Part shown: positions 18,299-28,459 of the stretch, one piece after another
Layout of the letters: each line of letters opens with the position of its first letter
How positions within the stretch are numbered: position 1 is the first letter of the stretch
From: a virus
Lineage: Duplodnaviria > Caudoviricetes
IMG/VR virus record: IMGVR_UViG_3300009320_000019
Span: 1-56,623 of that record
Length of the DNA: 56,623 bases
Direction: 5' to 3' (one strand)
Program-made: the position numbers and the translations under genes
The notes under the pieces: generated by a model
What the model saw: the letters and a program-made list of their open reading frames with translations, nothing else
What the model was told of the DNA's origin: nothing
The model's database searches: none

Positions 18299-20092
18299 AT
18301 GGAAGAATCAAAAAAAGGTATTGGAATAGGTATTATTTCTGGAGACGGTTTAGTCTCTTTAAAATGGATGAAACATTATTCTGCCATTAGGATTACTCCT
18401 ATCGGTGCAGGATGGCAATATATAACTGTAGAAGGCCTTAGTTATGGTCCAGCTAGAAATGAAGTAGTTAGAAAAGCAAAAGAACGTGGATGTAAATGGC
18501 TTTTTTTCTTAGATGATGATGTTTTCTTACCTAACAATGCACTTAGTAAATTATTAAAACAAGATAAAGATATAATTACTGGAATTTATTGGACTAAAAC
18601 AAAAGAATCAAATCCAGTATTATTTAAAAAACTCGGAGAAGGCCCATATTATGATTTTCCATTAGATTCTGTAGTTGAAGTAGAAGGCGCAGGGATGGGT
18701 TGTTGTTTAATAAATATGAGAGTATTTGATGCTTTTGATAAAGCGGGGATTAATTATTTTGTTGAACAAGGAATTCATGTAGATAAAAATGGAAAAGTAC
18801 ATAACTTAAAAGCACCAGGAGAGGATCATTGGTTCTTTTTAAAAGCAAAAGAATTAGGATTTAAAGTATTTGCAGATACTAGTTTGCTTTGTGATCATTA
18901 TGACCATAAAACTAAAAAAATGTATCCCCAACCTGATGTAGTTCAAGAGATATGCAAAAAAAGATTAATCCAAGAAGGTAGATCTGATATTATAGAAGAT
19001 TATGATAAAAGGAAAGGATTAGACCCCGATAAGAAAACTATTGTTTTTTACAATGACGGTCCATTTTTTGCAGGGGATGAAATTTATCGTAGGGCCATAG
19101 GAGGCTCAGAAAGTGGATTAATAGATGTTGCTAAATTATTAGCTACAGATTATAATGTACATGTATGTTGTAGAAATGATAGGCCAGGCGTTTATGATAA
19201 TGTATACTATCATCCAATAGAACAATTAGATAATGTATTAAAACAAACTAAGCCAGAATATTTTATTTCTTCAAGATGCCCAGATGTATTTAAAAGAGAT
19301 TTAAAGAAAATGTTTGGAGTTAAATTTAACATTCTCTGGGGTTCAGATAAATCTGATAGTGTTGCTTGGAAAGATTTAGAAGAAGTTTATGATAACATTG
19401 ATAGGATAGTACTTTTATCTAATTGGCATAAAAATGATATACGGAAGAAATTTAAATTTGTAAAAGCTAAAAAAGTTAAAAATATCTCTTATTCTGTAGA
19501 TCCAAAATTATATGAATGTGGTGTACAGAAGAATAAATTTAAGTTAATCTATTGTTCTACACCATTTAGGGGATTAGATGTTGCTTTAAAGATGTTTCCT
19601 AAGATTAAAAAAGAAATACCTGAAGCAGAGTTACATATATTTAGTAGTATAAAGATTTATGGAGATAATTTTATGGATAATAAATTTGAAGACCTTTATA
19701 CAATTGCTAGAAGAACTAATGGAGTTTATTATAGAGGTATATTAAAAAGGCCTGAATTAGCATTTGAACAAAAAAGTTCTGGACTTTTATTCTATCCAAA
19801 TACTTTTGAAGAAACTTTTTGTAAAGTAGTTGCAGAATGTCAAGTTGCAGGAACTCCAACTATTACTTCAGACAATGGTGCTCTTTCAGAAACACTTAGA
19901 GAAGGATGTGGTATTCTAGTTAAAGGCAATCCATATTCAAAAGAATACCAAAAAACATTTATATCAGAAACGATTAAGCTATTAAAAAGCAAACAAAAAT
20001 GGAATAGGATGTCTAAGAAATGCTTAACTGTAGATTTTAGTGAAGAAAAAATTAGAAAAGATTGGAAAAAATTATTAAGAGGTTTAAAATGA
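18299..20092 (+). CDS. Bifunctional glycosyltransferase GT2 + GT4
   Basis: ARN, FLDDDV, GMGCCLI, GEDHWF; GGSE, PFRGL, FEETFC...ECQVAGTP. Confidence 0.9.
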   Translation: MEESKKGIGIGIISGDGLVSLKWMKHYSAIRITPIGAGWQYITVEGLSYGPARNEVVRKAKERGCKWLFFLDDDVFLPNNALSKLLKQDKDIITGIYWTKTKESNPVLFKKLGEGPYYDFPLDSVVEVEGAGMGCCLINMRVFDAFDKAGINYFVEQGIHVDKNGKVHNLKAPGEDHWFFLKAKELGFKVFADTSLLCDHYDHKTKKMYPQPDVVQEICKKRLIQEGRSDIIEDYDKRKGLDPDKKTIVFYNDGPFFAGDEIYRRAIGGSESGLIDVAKLLATDYNVHVCCRNDRPGVYDNVYYHPIEQLDNVLKQTKPEYFISSRCPDVFKRDLKKMFGVKFNILWGSDKSDSVAWKDLEEVYDNIDRIVLLSNWHKNDIRKKFKFVKAKKVKNISYSVDPKLYECGVQKNKFKLIYCSTPFRGLDVALKMFPKIKKEIPEAELHIFSSIKIYGDNFMDNKFEDLYTIARRTNGVYYRGILKRPELAFEQKSSGLLFYPNTFEETFCKVVAECQVAGTPTITSDNGALSETLREGCGILVKGNPYSKEYQKTFISETIKLLKSKQKWNRMSKKCLTVDFSEEKIRKDWKKLLRGLK

Positions 20093-20481
20093 CAGAATAT
20101 TATTGGAAAATTACAGATAAAGATGGAAAAGTAACTGAACAATTTGTTGATGGAAAAGAAACTAAATTCAATGTAGATTGGGAAAAACCAGGGGCAGTAT
20201 TTAAGTTTGAATTAATAGGTGATAGGACACATACTATTGATTTAACAACTGGGGAATTTAATTTAAATGGGGATATTTATAATCCTGCACCAGAAGGTTC
20301 AAAGAATTTTAGATTAAAATATAGAAAAAGACATAGAAGGTCTTTTAATATGGCAGGCGCAGAACAAGGTCACGAAATTAGTTATATTTTATCTTATATA
20401 GTTGGAGATAAAGAATATACTGCATTGGTGTCACCACCAACTAAGGGTAGAAAGATTGAAATAATTACTCCACCTAAATAA
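20089..20481 (+). CDS. hypothetical protein
   Basis: GAGG SD, ATGA overlap. Confidence 0.7.
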   Translation: MTEYYWKITDKDGKVTEQFVDGKETKFNVDWEKPGAVFKFELIGDRTHTIDLTTGEFNLNGDIYNPAPEGSKNFRLKYRKRHRRSFNMAGAEQGHEISYILSYIVGDKEYTALVSPPTKGRKIEIITPPK

Positions 20482-20828
20482 TGTGGCTCGCTAAATATTT
20501 AAATGGGGAAATACTCAGCAATGAAGATTCTTCATTTGTTGATTTAGATGAAAGTAAATTAATTGAATTTAGGATTATAGTAAATAATAAAGAATATACT
20601 TGTAATTGTCGTGAAGGTTTTTTTAAATTAGATACTCAAAAAGTGTATTTTAAAAACTTAAAAGATTCTAGAATAATTTATTTTAAAAAAATAAGGCAAA
20701 ATATTGGAACTGCTGGGAAAAGTTCTACTGAAACAGAGTATTGTATCGGTCTGAGAAAACTTATAAATACGAAAAATTATCAAATTATATTAAGTGTAAG
20801 CGATAAACTTATATTTTTTGATAAATAG
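20481..20828 (+). CDS. hypothetical protein, probable distant paralog of the preceding gene
   Basis: Similar W-x4-(D/N)G...F...G-x-F-x-L...Y(R/F)K pattern. Confidence 0.65.
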   Translation: MWLAKYLNGEILSNEDSSFVDLDESKLIEFRIIVNNKEYTCNCREGFFKLDTQKVYFKNLKDSRIIYFKKIRQNIGTAGKSSTETEYCIGLRKLINTKNYQIILSVSDKLIFFDK

Positions 20829-20837
20829 TTCAATACA

Positions 20838-21023
20838 ATGAACACCCCCAATACAATGGAATATAAAGTAAAGATAAATATTAGTCCACAGGCTAAACTA
20901 CTTCTAAAAGAAATGCCATCTATTGATGAAAAAGATTTAATAAAATGGTTTATTAATCATAGAAAGATATGGGTAGGCGGCGGGGATGTTATTGATTTTC
21001 TAAAAGGAGGGAAAAATGACTGA
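20838..21023 (+). CDS. hypothetical protein
   Basis: 61-aa ORF overlapping next SD. Confidence 0.5.
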   Translation: MNTPNTMEYKVKINISPQAKLLLKEMPSIDEKDLIKWFINHRKIWVGGGDVIDFLKGGKND

Positions 21024-23157
21024 TTTAGTAGATGTATACCCAGGAGATATAATAACTTCTGCAAGAGCAAATGAAATAACTGATAGATTACAACAAGGAA
21101 CAGGTTGTATTACTACTTGTAATATGGCATTTTGTAGTACAGAGCCTATTTGGTTTTGTGAATCAAATGTGTATTTTACAGCTTCATCAGCGGGTGGAGA
21201 TGCAAATATATGTTTTCGTAATACAGGCCTAGGCGATATGAATTTATGTGTTGGTGGCGAAGTAATTGCTACAACATCATGTTTAGGAGATATTGAAGTA
21301 TCTGAAAGGGAATCTATTTTATTTACAGATAATAAACCCAGACTTTATGTTAATTCTGAAACGGCAGATTGCCTTAATTTATTAAATAGTGGAACTGGTG
21401 ATTTTTCTTTATGTGTTTGTGGGGATATTTCTACTACTGGATGTTTTAAGGGAGATACTTGGACAACTTCTGGAGGTGAATGTTTAGTTCAAGCAGGGAA
21501 TGGTATTTTAATTGATTGTGAAAATGATTATTTTTACGTTTGTGATTGTTTCTGGGATAGGTCTAGTTCGCCACCTTATCAAATTTATCCACAAAGTGGA
21601 TATTGTATGTGTGCTTCAAAGATATATGGAACTAATTGTTTGGATTCCCCAACTATTTGTGCTTCTGGGGCAAGTGGATTAGTTTGTGCAGGTTTAGATA
21701 TATGTGCAGCACATTGTGTAGTTGGAGATGAAATTCATGGAACTACATCTTATACTTTGGCAGGGGATACTATTACTTCTTGGACAGATGTAGAAGGATG
21801 TTGGGAAAGTGGTCTAGAAGGATGGGTTTGCCCATGTAGTAATTGTAATGCTTGTAGTGATAAATTTGTTGGAGGTTCTTGTGTATATGGCCCTCTTGTT
21901 TGCGCACAAAGAGCTTTTGTAGGAAATAATAATGCTAATGACCAACTAAGATTATATTATGATTCTAGTAATTATAGTTGTTTATTTACTAATGCCGGGG
22001 GGAGTTTGTTTATTATGCCAAGTTCTGGACAAATTTGTATGTGTGGTTCAAGTTTAAATCACGGAATTAAAATTGAAGATGATAGTGCAACAAATTCAAG
22101 AACATTAATTAAAGGAGATTGTATAACATTTACTTTAGATGGGGCCACTAATGCTTGTATTTTAAATAGTGGATTAACTAAAGGAACAGTTGTTTGTGGA
22201 ACTACTTGTGTTCGGGCCCCGATTACTTGTGGAACTACTTGTGTACGTGGGGGGGTTGTTTGTGGCAACACTTGTGTAGATTCTCCTTCAATTACATTAA
22301 ATACAGTAAATCGTACTTCTTGGCCAGAAGGATTATGGACAAATGATGTAGACCCTTGGATAACTCCATGTAGTTCTTGTTCACCGAGATCAACTTATAG
22401 TTGTGCCACTACTTGTGTGCAAAGTCCAATTGTTTGTGGAACTACCTGCGTAAATACTGCTTGTGTAAAAAGCCCCTCTATTTGTGGAACAATTGTAAGG
22501 GCAGATGCATTCTCTTATGGAAGTTATGATTCTGGTTGTGTAAAAAAATCAGCTTGTGGTATATGCTCTTGTTGGGCAGCAGGAGGGGATGCGTATGCTT
22601 GGCATAATGGTTTATGTTTAATAGAAGGAAGTAATATAACTTTAACAGTTGATTCAAATAATGTAACAATTGCTGGAAGTGCAGCAGGAAATTGGGAGGA
22701 TACCACAGACCCTTATATTTGTCCATGTAATTCATGTAGTCTTTGTGGAACTTGTCATGTGGTTGATTGTCCTAGTGGAACTCCCGCAGGAGATGGTATG
22801 TTCATCAAATTATGTAATGATGATCCGCTTAATGCTGGATGTGTGATGAGATATAATTCTAATAATTTAGAATATGCTTCCAATTCAAATGAAACAAATG
22901 CAAAGGGATTTTTAGTATTGGGTACAGTTAATATAGGTAGTTCCAATCAATGTTGTGCATATTTAACTAATGGAATTTTTAGATGCACAGGGTGGAATTG
23001 GGCAGGGGGAGGATTATTATATTTATCTTCTGGAAATGGACAAATGACACAAACTCGTCCAAGTGGTTCTGGATGTATTGTAAGAATTTTAGGATATGCA
23101 TTAAATGGAGATTCTATTTATTTTGACCCAGATAAAACTTATATAGAGGTAAATTAA
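21016..23157 (+). CDS. Extremely Cys-rich fibre-like virion protein
   Basis: About 65 Cys in 713 aa by manual count; CGTTCV repeats; W..DP(Y/W)IxP joints; C-terminal LYLS..GQMTQTRPSGSG.IVRILGYA domain. Confidence 0.7.
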   Translation: MTDLVDVYPGDIITSARANEITDRLQQGTGCITTCNMAFCSTEPIWFCESNVYFTASSAGGDANICFRNTGLGDMNLCVGGEVIATTSCLGDIEVSERESILFTDNKPRLYVNSETADCLNLLNSGTGDFSLCVCGDISTTGCFKGDTWTTSGGECLVQAGNGILIDCENDYFYVCDCFWDRSSSPPYQIYPQSGYCMCASKIYGTNCLDSPTICASGASGLVCAGLDICAAHCVVGDEIHGTTSYTLAGDTITSWTDVEGCWESGLEGWVCPCSNCNACSDKFVGGSCVYGPLVCAQRAFVGNNNANDQLRLYYDSSNYSCLFTNAGGSLFIMPSSGQICMCGSSLNHGIKIEDDSATNSRTLIKGDCITFTLDGATNACILNSGLTKGTVVCGTTCVRAPITCGTTCVRGGVVCGNTCVDSPSITLNTVNRTSWPEGLWTNDVDPWITPCSSCSPRSTYSCATTCVQSPIVCGTTCVNTACVKSPSICGTIVRADAFSYGSYDSGCVKKSACGICSCWAAGGDAYAWHNGLCLIEGSNITLTVDSNNVTIAGSAAGNWEDTTDPYICPCNSCSLCGTCHVVDCPSGTPAGDGMFIKLCNDDPLNAGCVMRYNSNNLEYASNSNETNAKGFLVLGTVNIGSSNQCCAYLTNGIFRCTGWNWAGGGLLYLSSGNGQMTQTRPSGSGCIVRILGYALNGDSIYFDPDKTYIEVN

Positions 23158-24977
23158 TGGCAGAACCTAAATGGTGCATTAATAGTATGGATGATTCTAC
23201 GTCTAGGGTTCAAGGAATTTTTTGTGATAGTATTGATAAAATAAATAGTCAATCTTCTGCCGAAATTTTTGCGGATACTTGTGCCGTTTCCGATGTCACT
23301 TATAATTCTGCAACTGTGGGAGTTAGAAATATTTCTGGAACCATAGATCAGAAAGGAGTACTTTTTGCTAATTATCCTGATGCCCCTGGATTGGGAAGTT
23401 GTATTTGTCATTGTTATAGTGATACTTCAAATATTTCTGACCAATCGTGGAATGTAGAGGGATTAATTTCTTCCCATCATTATAATGTAAGGGCGTATGC
23501 TTGTAGAAATGCGGAAGATATAGATTATGGAAACACTTTAGGTTTTATTACTTCGTATCAATCTTTATCTGTGAATACATGTGAACCAACAAATAAATGT
23601 TATACGTGTTTTAGTAGTGGGGGTCATAGCATATCAGGAGTAATAGATCAAAAAGGGTTTTGTATAGCTCTATATCCAAATGATCCCAATGTAAATCCCA
23701 TGGCATCAGTTTATATAAACACTTCTAGTACAGCTTCTTTCACATTGGGAATTGATGGCCTTGTACCAGATAATTGTTATAATATTAGGGCATACGTTTG
23801 TAAATCCGGTGTGGAGAAGGCGTTTGGAGAATTAAAATATGTGGACCTTCCATGTATAACTGCAGAAACTTATACTCCTTCTGGGATTACAGCTACAGAT
23901 GCTACTATCGGTGTAGAAGATATAACCACTGAAGGTGGAACAATAGATAAAAAAGGTGTACTTATTGCTAATTATCCTACAACCCCTGAGATAGGAAATT
24001 GTATAGTACATTGTTATGAAGATACCGCAGCGACTGTCGACAAAACTTGGTGTGCAACTAGTTTAACTCCTAATGTTCATTATAATGTAAGGGCGTATGC
24101 TTGTGATTCTGGGCAAGATTTTGATTATGGGAGTACTTTAGATTTTACTACCTTGTCTACAGGATCCGGTACTTGGAGTGCGGGGGGGACATTACATGCT
24201 AGTAGGTCAGGATTAGGGGGGGCAGGAACAACTCCCTTATCCTTTGGAGGGGAGAATGGCAATCCCCTTTCTTCAACTGAATGTTATAGATGGACTACAC
24301 ATGCTTGGGGTACAAGAGGTAATTTAAATGTTGCAAGATATATGATGGGGGGTTCTGGAGTTACTTCAGAATATTTATCTTTTGGGGGATATAATGGGAG
24401 TAGTAATTTTGCTACAACAGAAAAAACATCAAATGCAGGAACTACATGGAGTACTAGAGATAATTTAAATACTGCAAGACGTTTATTAGGTGGGGCAGGG
24501 AATACTTCTAGTACCCTTGCTGTTGGAGGATATAATGGATCATATTTATCTTCAACAGAAGAGTTTCATGGAAGTAGTTGGAGTACTGGCGGTAGTCTAA
24601 ATATAGCAAAATTAGGTTTAGAAGTGATGGGCAATGCAGGGGCAGCTATTGCTACTGGGGGCAGATATACTTCTAGTTATTCAAATACCACAGAAAAGTA
24701 TAATGGATCTAATTGGAGTTCGGTGGCAAATTTAAATACTGCAAGAGCATATCTTGCTGGGCATAGTTTAGGAAGTAATTGTTATTTAGTTTTTGGAGGA
24801 TATAATGGAAGTGTTCTTGCCAATACTGAAGAATATAATTGTGTATCTGATGTATGGGGAACACAAGGAGGTTTATTAACCGTAAGGCAGAAAGTAGGGG
24901 GTGCAAAATGTTTAGCTTTTGGGGGGAGCGGCTCCACTGGATTACCTTTAAGTAGCACCGAAGAATATATTCCTTAG
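23157..24977 (+). CDS. Virion protein: three FN3-like Cys-substituted repeats + Kelch beta-propeller
   Basis: IDQKG...YNVRAYAC...YG repeats; GG-Y...STEEY...W..GxLNxAR Kelch repeats. Confidence 0.8.
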   Translation: MAEPKWCINSMDDSTSRVQGIFCDSIDKINSQSSAEIFADTCAVSDVTYNSATVGVRNISGTIDQKGVLFANYPDAPGLGSCICHCYSDTSNISDQSWNVEGLISSHHYNVRAYACRNAEDIDYGNTLGFITSYQSLSVNTCEPTNKCYTCFSSGGHSISGVIDQKGFCIALYPNDPNVNPMASVYINTSSTASFTLGIDGLVPDNCYNIRAYVCKSGVEKAFGELKYVDLPCITAETYTPSGITATDATIGVEDITTEGGTIDKKGVLIANYPTTPEIGNCIVHCYEDTAATVDKTWCATSLTPNVHYNVRAYACDSGQDFDYGSTLDFTTLSTGSGTWSAGGTLHASRSGLGGAGTTPLSFGGENGNPLSSTECYRWTTHAWGTRGNLNVARYMMGGSGVTSEYLSFGGYNGSSNFATTEKTSNAGTTWSTRDNLNTARRLLGGAGNTSSTLAVGGYNGSYLSSTEEFHGSSWSTGGSLNIAKLGLEVMGNAGAAIATGGRYTSSYSNTTEKYNGSNWSSVANLNTARAYLAGHSLGSNCYLVFGGYNGSVLANTEEYNCVSDVWGTQGGLLTVRQKVGGAKCLAFGGSGSTGLPLSSTEEYIP

Positions 24978-24986
24978 GAGGAAAAA

Positions 24987-25691
24987 ATGAAAAAGTATCA
25001 AAAAGAATTAAAAAAATATAATGAAAAATTAACTAAAGATTTGGAAAAGATTCAAATAGTTTCTGATAAAGATTTAAAATTATTAGACAGAAATATGAGT
25101 GTAATTAAACATAGTATGAGGTATGCTCAAATATTTAGGACTGATACTGAGGCGAGAGTAAGTATACTTAATGATAGTAGGCACCCTACTCCAGATTCTA
25201 AATATTGGCAAAGTATAAGAGAAATGAAGGTTCATGCAGACCAATTGTTTTATCTTAATTTTGATTATAAAGAAAAAATTATAGATCTGGATGAATTAAT
25301 GAGTAAACTTAAAAAAAATAAATATAACAATAAATTTGATAAACTTCGTGACGAAAATAAACTTGAACGAATAAATTATGAATTAATTCAGATGTCTTTG
25401 ACTGCAAAAGATAGAATAAGAGAGATTGATATGTGGTCAACAATTATAAAAGAACTTAAACCAAATATGGAATATAGTAATCAAGATGTGAATGAACATC
25501 AATTGTTTAGTTATTTACAAAAATTTAGTAAATTATTAGTACATGCTACAGATGAAGAAAGAAAGGACTTGGGGGGGTTATTATATACTACTTTAAAAAC
25601 TATAGAAGAAAGAGGATTAAAAAATAAATTTTTAAAGGGATTAGATAAAAAAACTTTAAGTTTTTTAGAACAGAATAAATTATTAAAATAA
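24987..25691 (+). CDS. Helical protein, possible fibre assembly partner
   Basis: Follows Kelch gene; FRTDTE..S.LND..HPTPDSKYWQ; function inferred from position. Confidence 0.55.
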   Translation: MKKYQKELKKYNEKLTKDLEKIQIVSDKDLKLLDRNMSVIKHSMRYAQIFRTDTEARVSILNDSRHPTPDSKYWQSIREMKVHADQLFYLNFDYKEKIIDLDELMSKLKKNKYNNKFDKLRDENKLERINYELIQMSLTAKDRIREIDMWSTIIKELKPNMEYSNQDVNEHQLFSYLQKFSKLLVHATDEERKDLGGLLYTTLKTIEERGLKNKFLKGLDKKTLSFLEQNKLLK

Positions 25692-25741
25692 AAATTCATA
25701 CTTGCCTGTCTGTTTGAAAGTATGAACTAAGGTAGATTACA

Positions 25742-27109
25742 ATGGGAAGATACGATACTGACAGGTATGACTATGGAAAGTATGATCACTATAATCAGCA
25801 GTATTTAGATTCTATTAGCTATCTTAAAAAAATAGTACAAAAAACCATTACTTCTTTCTCTAGTTTAATAGACGAATATCAAAGAGGGATAAGATCTTTT
25901 TCTTATCTTAAAAGTATAGAACAAAATACATTAACTTCTATTAGTTACCTTAAAAAAGTAGAACAAGAAACAATAACTTCATTTAGTTCCATATTAGAAG
26001 CAGAACAACAAACAATAACAAGCATAAGTTATCTTAAAAAAGAAGTTTCTCCTATTTTGACTTCATATTCTAGAATTGTTAAAAGAGAACAAATAACAAG
26101 TAATGAATATATTCTAAAAACCCACGACCCAGATATACAGGGATCACATGCAGCAATTATTAAAGAAGAAACCAAAACAAATACTTCTTTTTCAGTATTA
26201 TGGAAAGAACATTCAAATGATTTAACATCTATTAGTTACCTTAAGAAAATAAAAGTAGATTTAAAATTAACATCTAGGTCTCATCTTGGGATAAGAAAAA
26301 CTATATATGGGCATGCTTATCTTAAGAAAATAGATTTACAAAAGACAATAAATTCTATTAATTACATCCAAGAATCAGAAACAAACACAATTGCTAGTTT
26401 ATCTTATTTAAAAAGAATTTTCCAAGAATCTTTAACTACTAAAGAATATCTTAAAAAGATAGACTTACAAAAAACTATAACTTCTATAAGTTATACAAAA
26501 GAGGCAGAATCCAATACTATTACAAGTATCTCTTATTTAAAGAAAGTTCAAGATACAACAATAGATACAATTGCTTATTTAAAAGAAGAAGAAGAAAAAT
26601 TATTAACTAGTATTTCTTATTTCAAAAAAGTAGTAGAGATGGATTATCCAACTTCTATTGATTATCTTAAAAAAGTAGAACAAGAAACAATAACTTCTTT
26701 AAATTATTTAACAAATGAATGGAAAAGAAGAATTAGGGCATTTTCTTATATTAGAAGAATAGGATCCCCTACACTTAATTCCATTGAATATATTTTAAAA
26801 TCATACACTCAAACTATTGGGTCAATTTCTTATATAAAGGAAGAGGAAGAAGATACAATAAAATCTATTTATTATCTGAAGAAGGTAGAAACAAGTAATA
26901 TAAATACGATAAATTATATTAGAGAAGAAGAGACAGATACTATCACAACAGTATCTTATCTAACTGAGCCTGCAGAAGGTTCAGCCGCACCAACATGGTC
27001 AAATGCTGATGTGATTAGACCTACTTCAATAGATTTAAAAAATATTGTGCCTATACTTTCAAAATCAAAAGAAGTTGCACCAAAATTCACAAGAGGGAGG
27101 TTAACATAG
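25742..27109 (+). CDS. Repeat protein (about 28 x 14-aa TITSISYLKK units)
   Basis: Periodicity visible in translation. Confidence 0.75.
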   Translation: MGRYDTDRYDYGKYDHYNQQYLDSISYLKKIVQKTITSFSSLIDEYQRGIRSFSYLKSIEQNTLTSISYLKKVEQETITSFSSILEAEQQTITSISYLKKEVSPILTSYSRIVKREQITSNEYILKTHDPDIQGSHAAIIKEETKTNTSFSVLWKEHSNDLTSISYLKKIKVDLKLTSRSHLGIRKTIYGHAYLKKIDLQKTINSINYIQESETNTIASLSYLKRIFQESLTTKEYLKKIDLQKTITSISYTKEAESNTITSISYLKKVQDTTIDTIAYLKEEEEKLLTSISYFKKVVEMDYPTSIDYLKKVEQETITSLNYLTNEWKRRIRAFSYIRRIGSPTLNSIEYILKSYTQTIGSISYIKEEEEDTIKSIYYLKKVETSNINTINYIREEETDTITTVSYLTEPAEGSAAPTWSNADVIRPTSIDLKNIVPILSKSKEVAPKFTRGRLT

Positions 27110-27112
27110 AAA

Positions 27113-27991
27113 ATGGGAATTTTATTAGAATGGCAAGCGATTAGTACAAGCGAATCTGATTATGATCAAGTAGCAGTTTATAGAGCAACAAGTGAGGATG
27201 GAACTTATGTTCATTTAGTTACTCAAGATATTAGTGATACTACTTATTATGATGCAGATGGAACTAGTTCTAGTTGGTATAAATTAAAATGGTATGATTC
27301 AACCGAAGCAGTATTAAGTGAATTTTCTGAAGCTTTAAAAGGCGGCGAATTTTATGGATATTGTTCTGTTGAAGATGTTAGAGATATTAGTAGTATCTCG
27401 AGTAGTCAACTAAACGACACAGAAGTTGCTAAATTAATTATATTTGCAAGCAATCAAATGAATGCTGAAATGCAGATATATCACGAAGACGAAGCAATAG
27501 GGTATATTGATTCAACTAAAGAAAATACAATAGATGGTTCAAATACAACTTTTTATACAAAACATTATCCAATTGGAGATTTAAACAATGATTATAACAT
27601 AGATGAAAATGATATAGAAGTTTATCAAATCGATTCGGATTCTGTAAGAACGCAATTAACTGTTAGTTCAGTTACTGCAAGTACTGGTAAATTTGTATTA
27701 AGTTCAGCGCCAAATAATGTAGAACTTGAAATTACTTATAAAAAAGCACAATTAAATTTAGATAGGCCATCTTTACATCCATTAGTAAAAACAGCATGTG
27801 CTTTATTAGCAAGTGCGTGGGGATTTGGAAAATTAAATATTGGAAAAGCACCTAGATTTAAGATGGGGAATCAAACTATTTATAGGGATACTCAGGCACA
27901 TAGAGAAATGCTTAAAAGATATAATGAAATCTTAATGGGTATAAATGATAGACAATCTACAGATATGGTAGAAAATTTGGGGAGTTTTTAG
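27113..27991 (+). CDS. Head-tail adaptor with N-terminal FN3-like domain
   Basis: VYRATSEDGTY...YYD..G....WYK; YCSVEDVR; VKTACALLA. Confidence 0.7.
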   Translation: MGILLEWQAISTSESDYDQVAVYRATSEDGTYVHLVTQDISDTTYYDADGTSSSWYKLKWYDSTEAVLSEFSEALKGGEFYGYCSVEDVRDISSISSSQLNDTEVAKLIIFASNQMNAEMQIYHEDEAIGYIDSTKENTIDGSNTTFYTKHYPIGDLNNDYNIDENDIEVYQIDSDSVRTQLTVSSVTASTGKFVLSSAPNNVELEITYKKAQLNLDRPSLHPLVKTACALLASAWGFGKLNIGKAPRFKMGNQTIYRDTQAHREMLKRYNEILMGINDRQSTDMVENLGSF

Positions 27992-28363
27992 ATGTCAAAT
28001 ACAATAGTAGACGCACCAGAAATGCAGGATGAAATAATTGACGAATTTGGTTACTCAATTACTTTAAGAACAGTATCTAAAGCTTTTAGTGCTGATGATG
28101 AGTATGGCGAAGCAACTGAAACCTTAACAGATTATTCCACTACTGCGATGGTTCAAACTTTGACTGAAGAAGATGATGAAGTAAAAGAAGGAATATTTGA
28201 AAAAGGAACTACAGTATTCTTTTTTAAATCATCAGACTCAGCAAAAATTGTTCGTGGTTCAAGGATTAATTATCTAAATGAATGGTATGAAATTTCAAGT
28301 GTTACTAAAAGTACTGTATCTGGCGCAGAGCATAGATTAAGTGCGTATGTCAAAAAGATATGA
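27992..28363 (+). CDS. Head closure (stopper) protein
   Basis: Position and size; DEYGE, beta-barrel pattern. Confidence 0.7.
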   Translation: MSNTIVDAPEMQDEIIDEFGYSITLRTVSKAFSADDEYGEATETLTDYSTTAMVQTLTEEDDEVKEGIFEKGTTVFFFKSSDSAKIVRGSRINYLNEWYEISSVTKSTVSGAEHRLSAYVKKI

Positions 28364-28459
28364 TAATCTTATAAATACGAAAAAATAAAATAAACATATA
28401 GGCTGGTAGTCTATAAATACAATTGGAGTCGTCTCCAAGAAACGTTCCTTGTAGGAAAA

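Noticed and set aside
21016-23157. Multiheme cytochrome
   Set aside because: Only one CxxCH (CGTCH) among ~65 Cys and no signal peptide; likely chance
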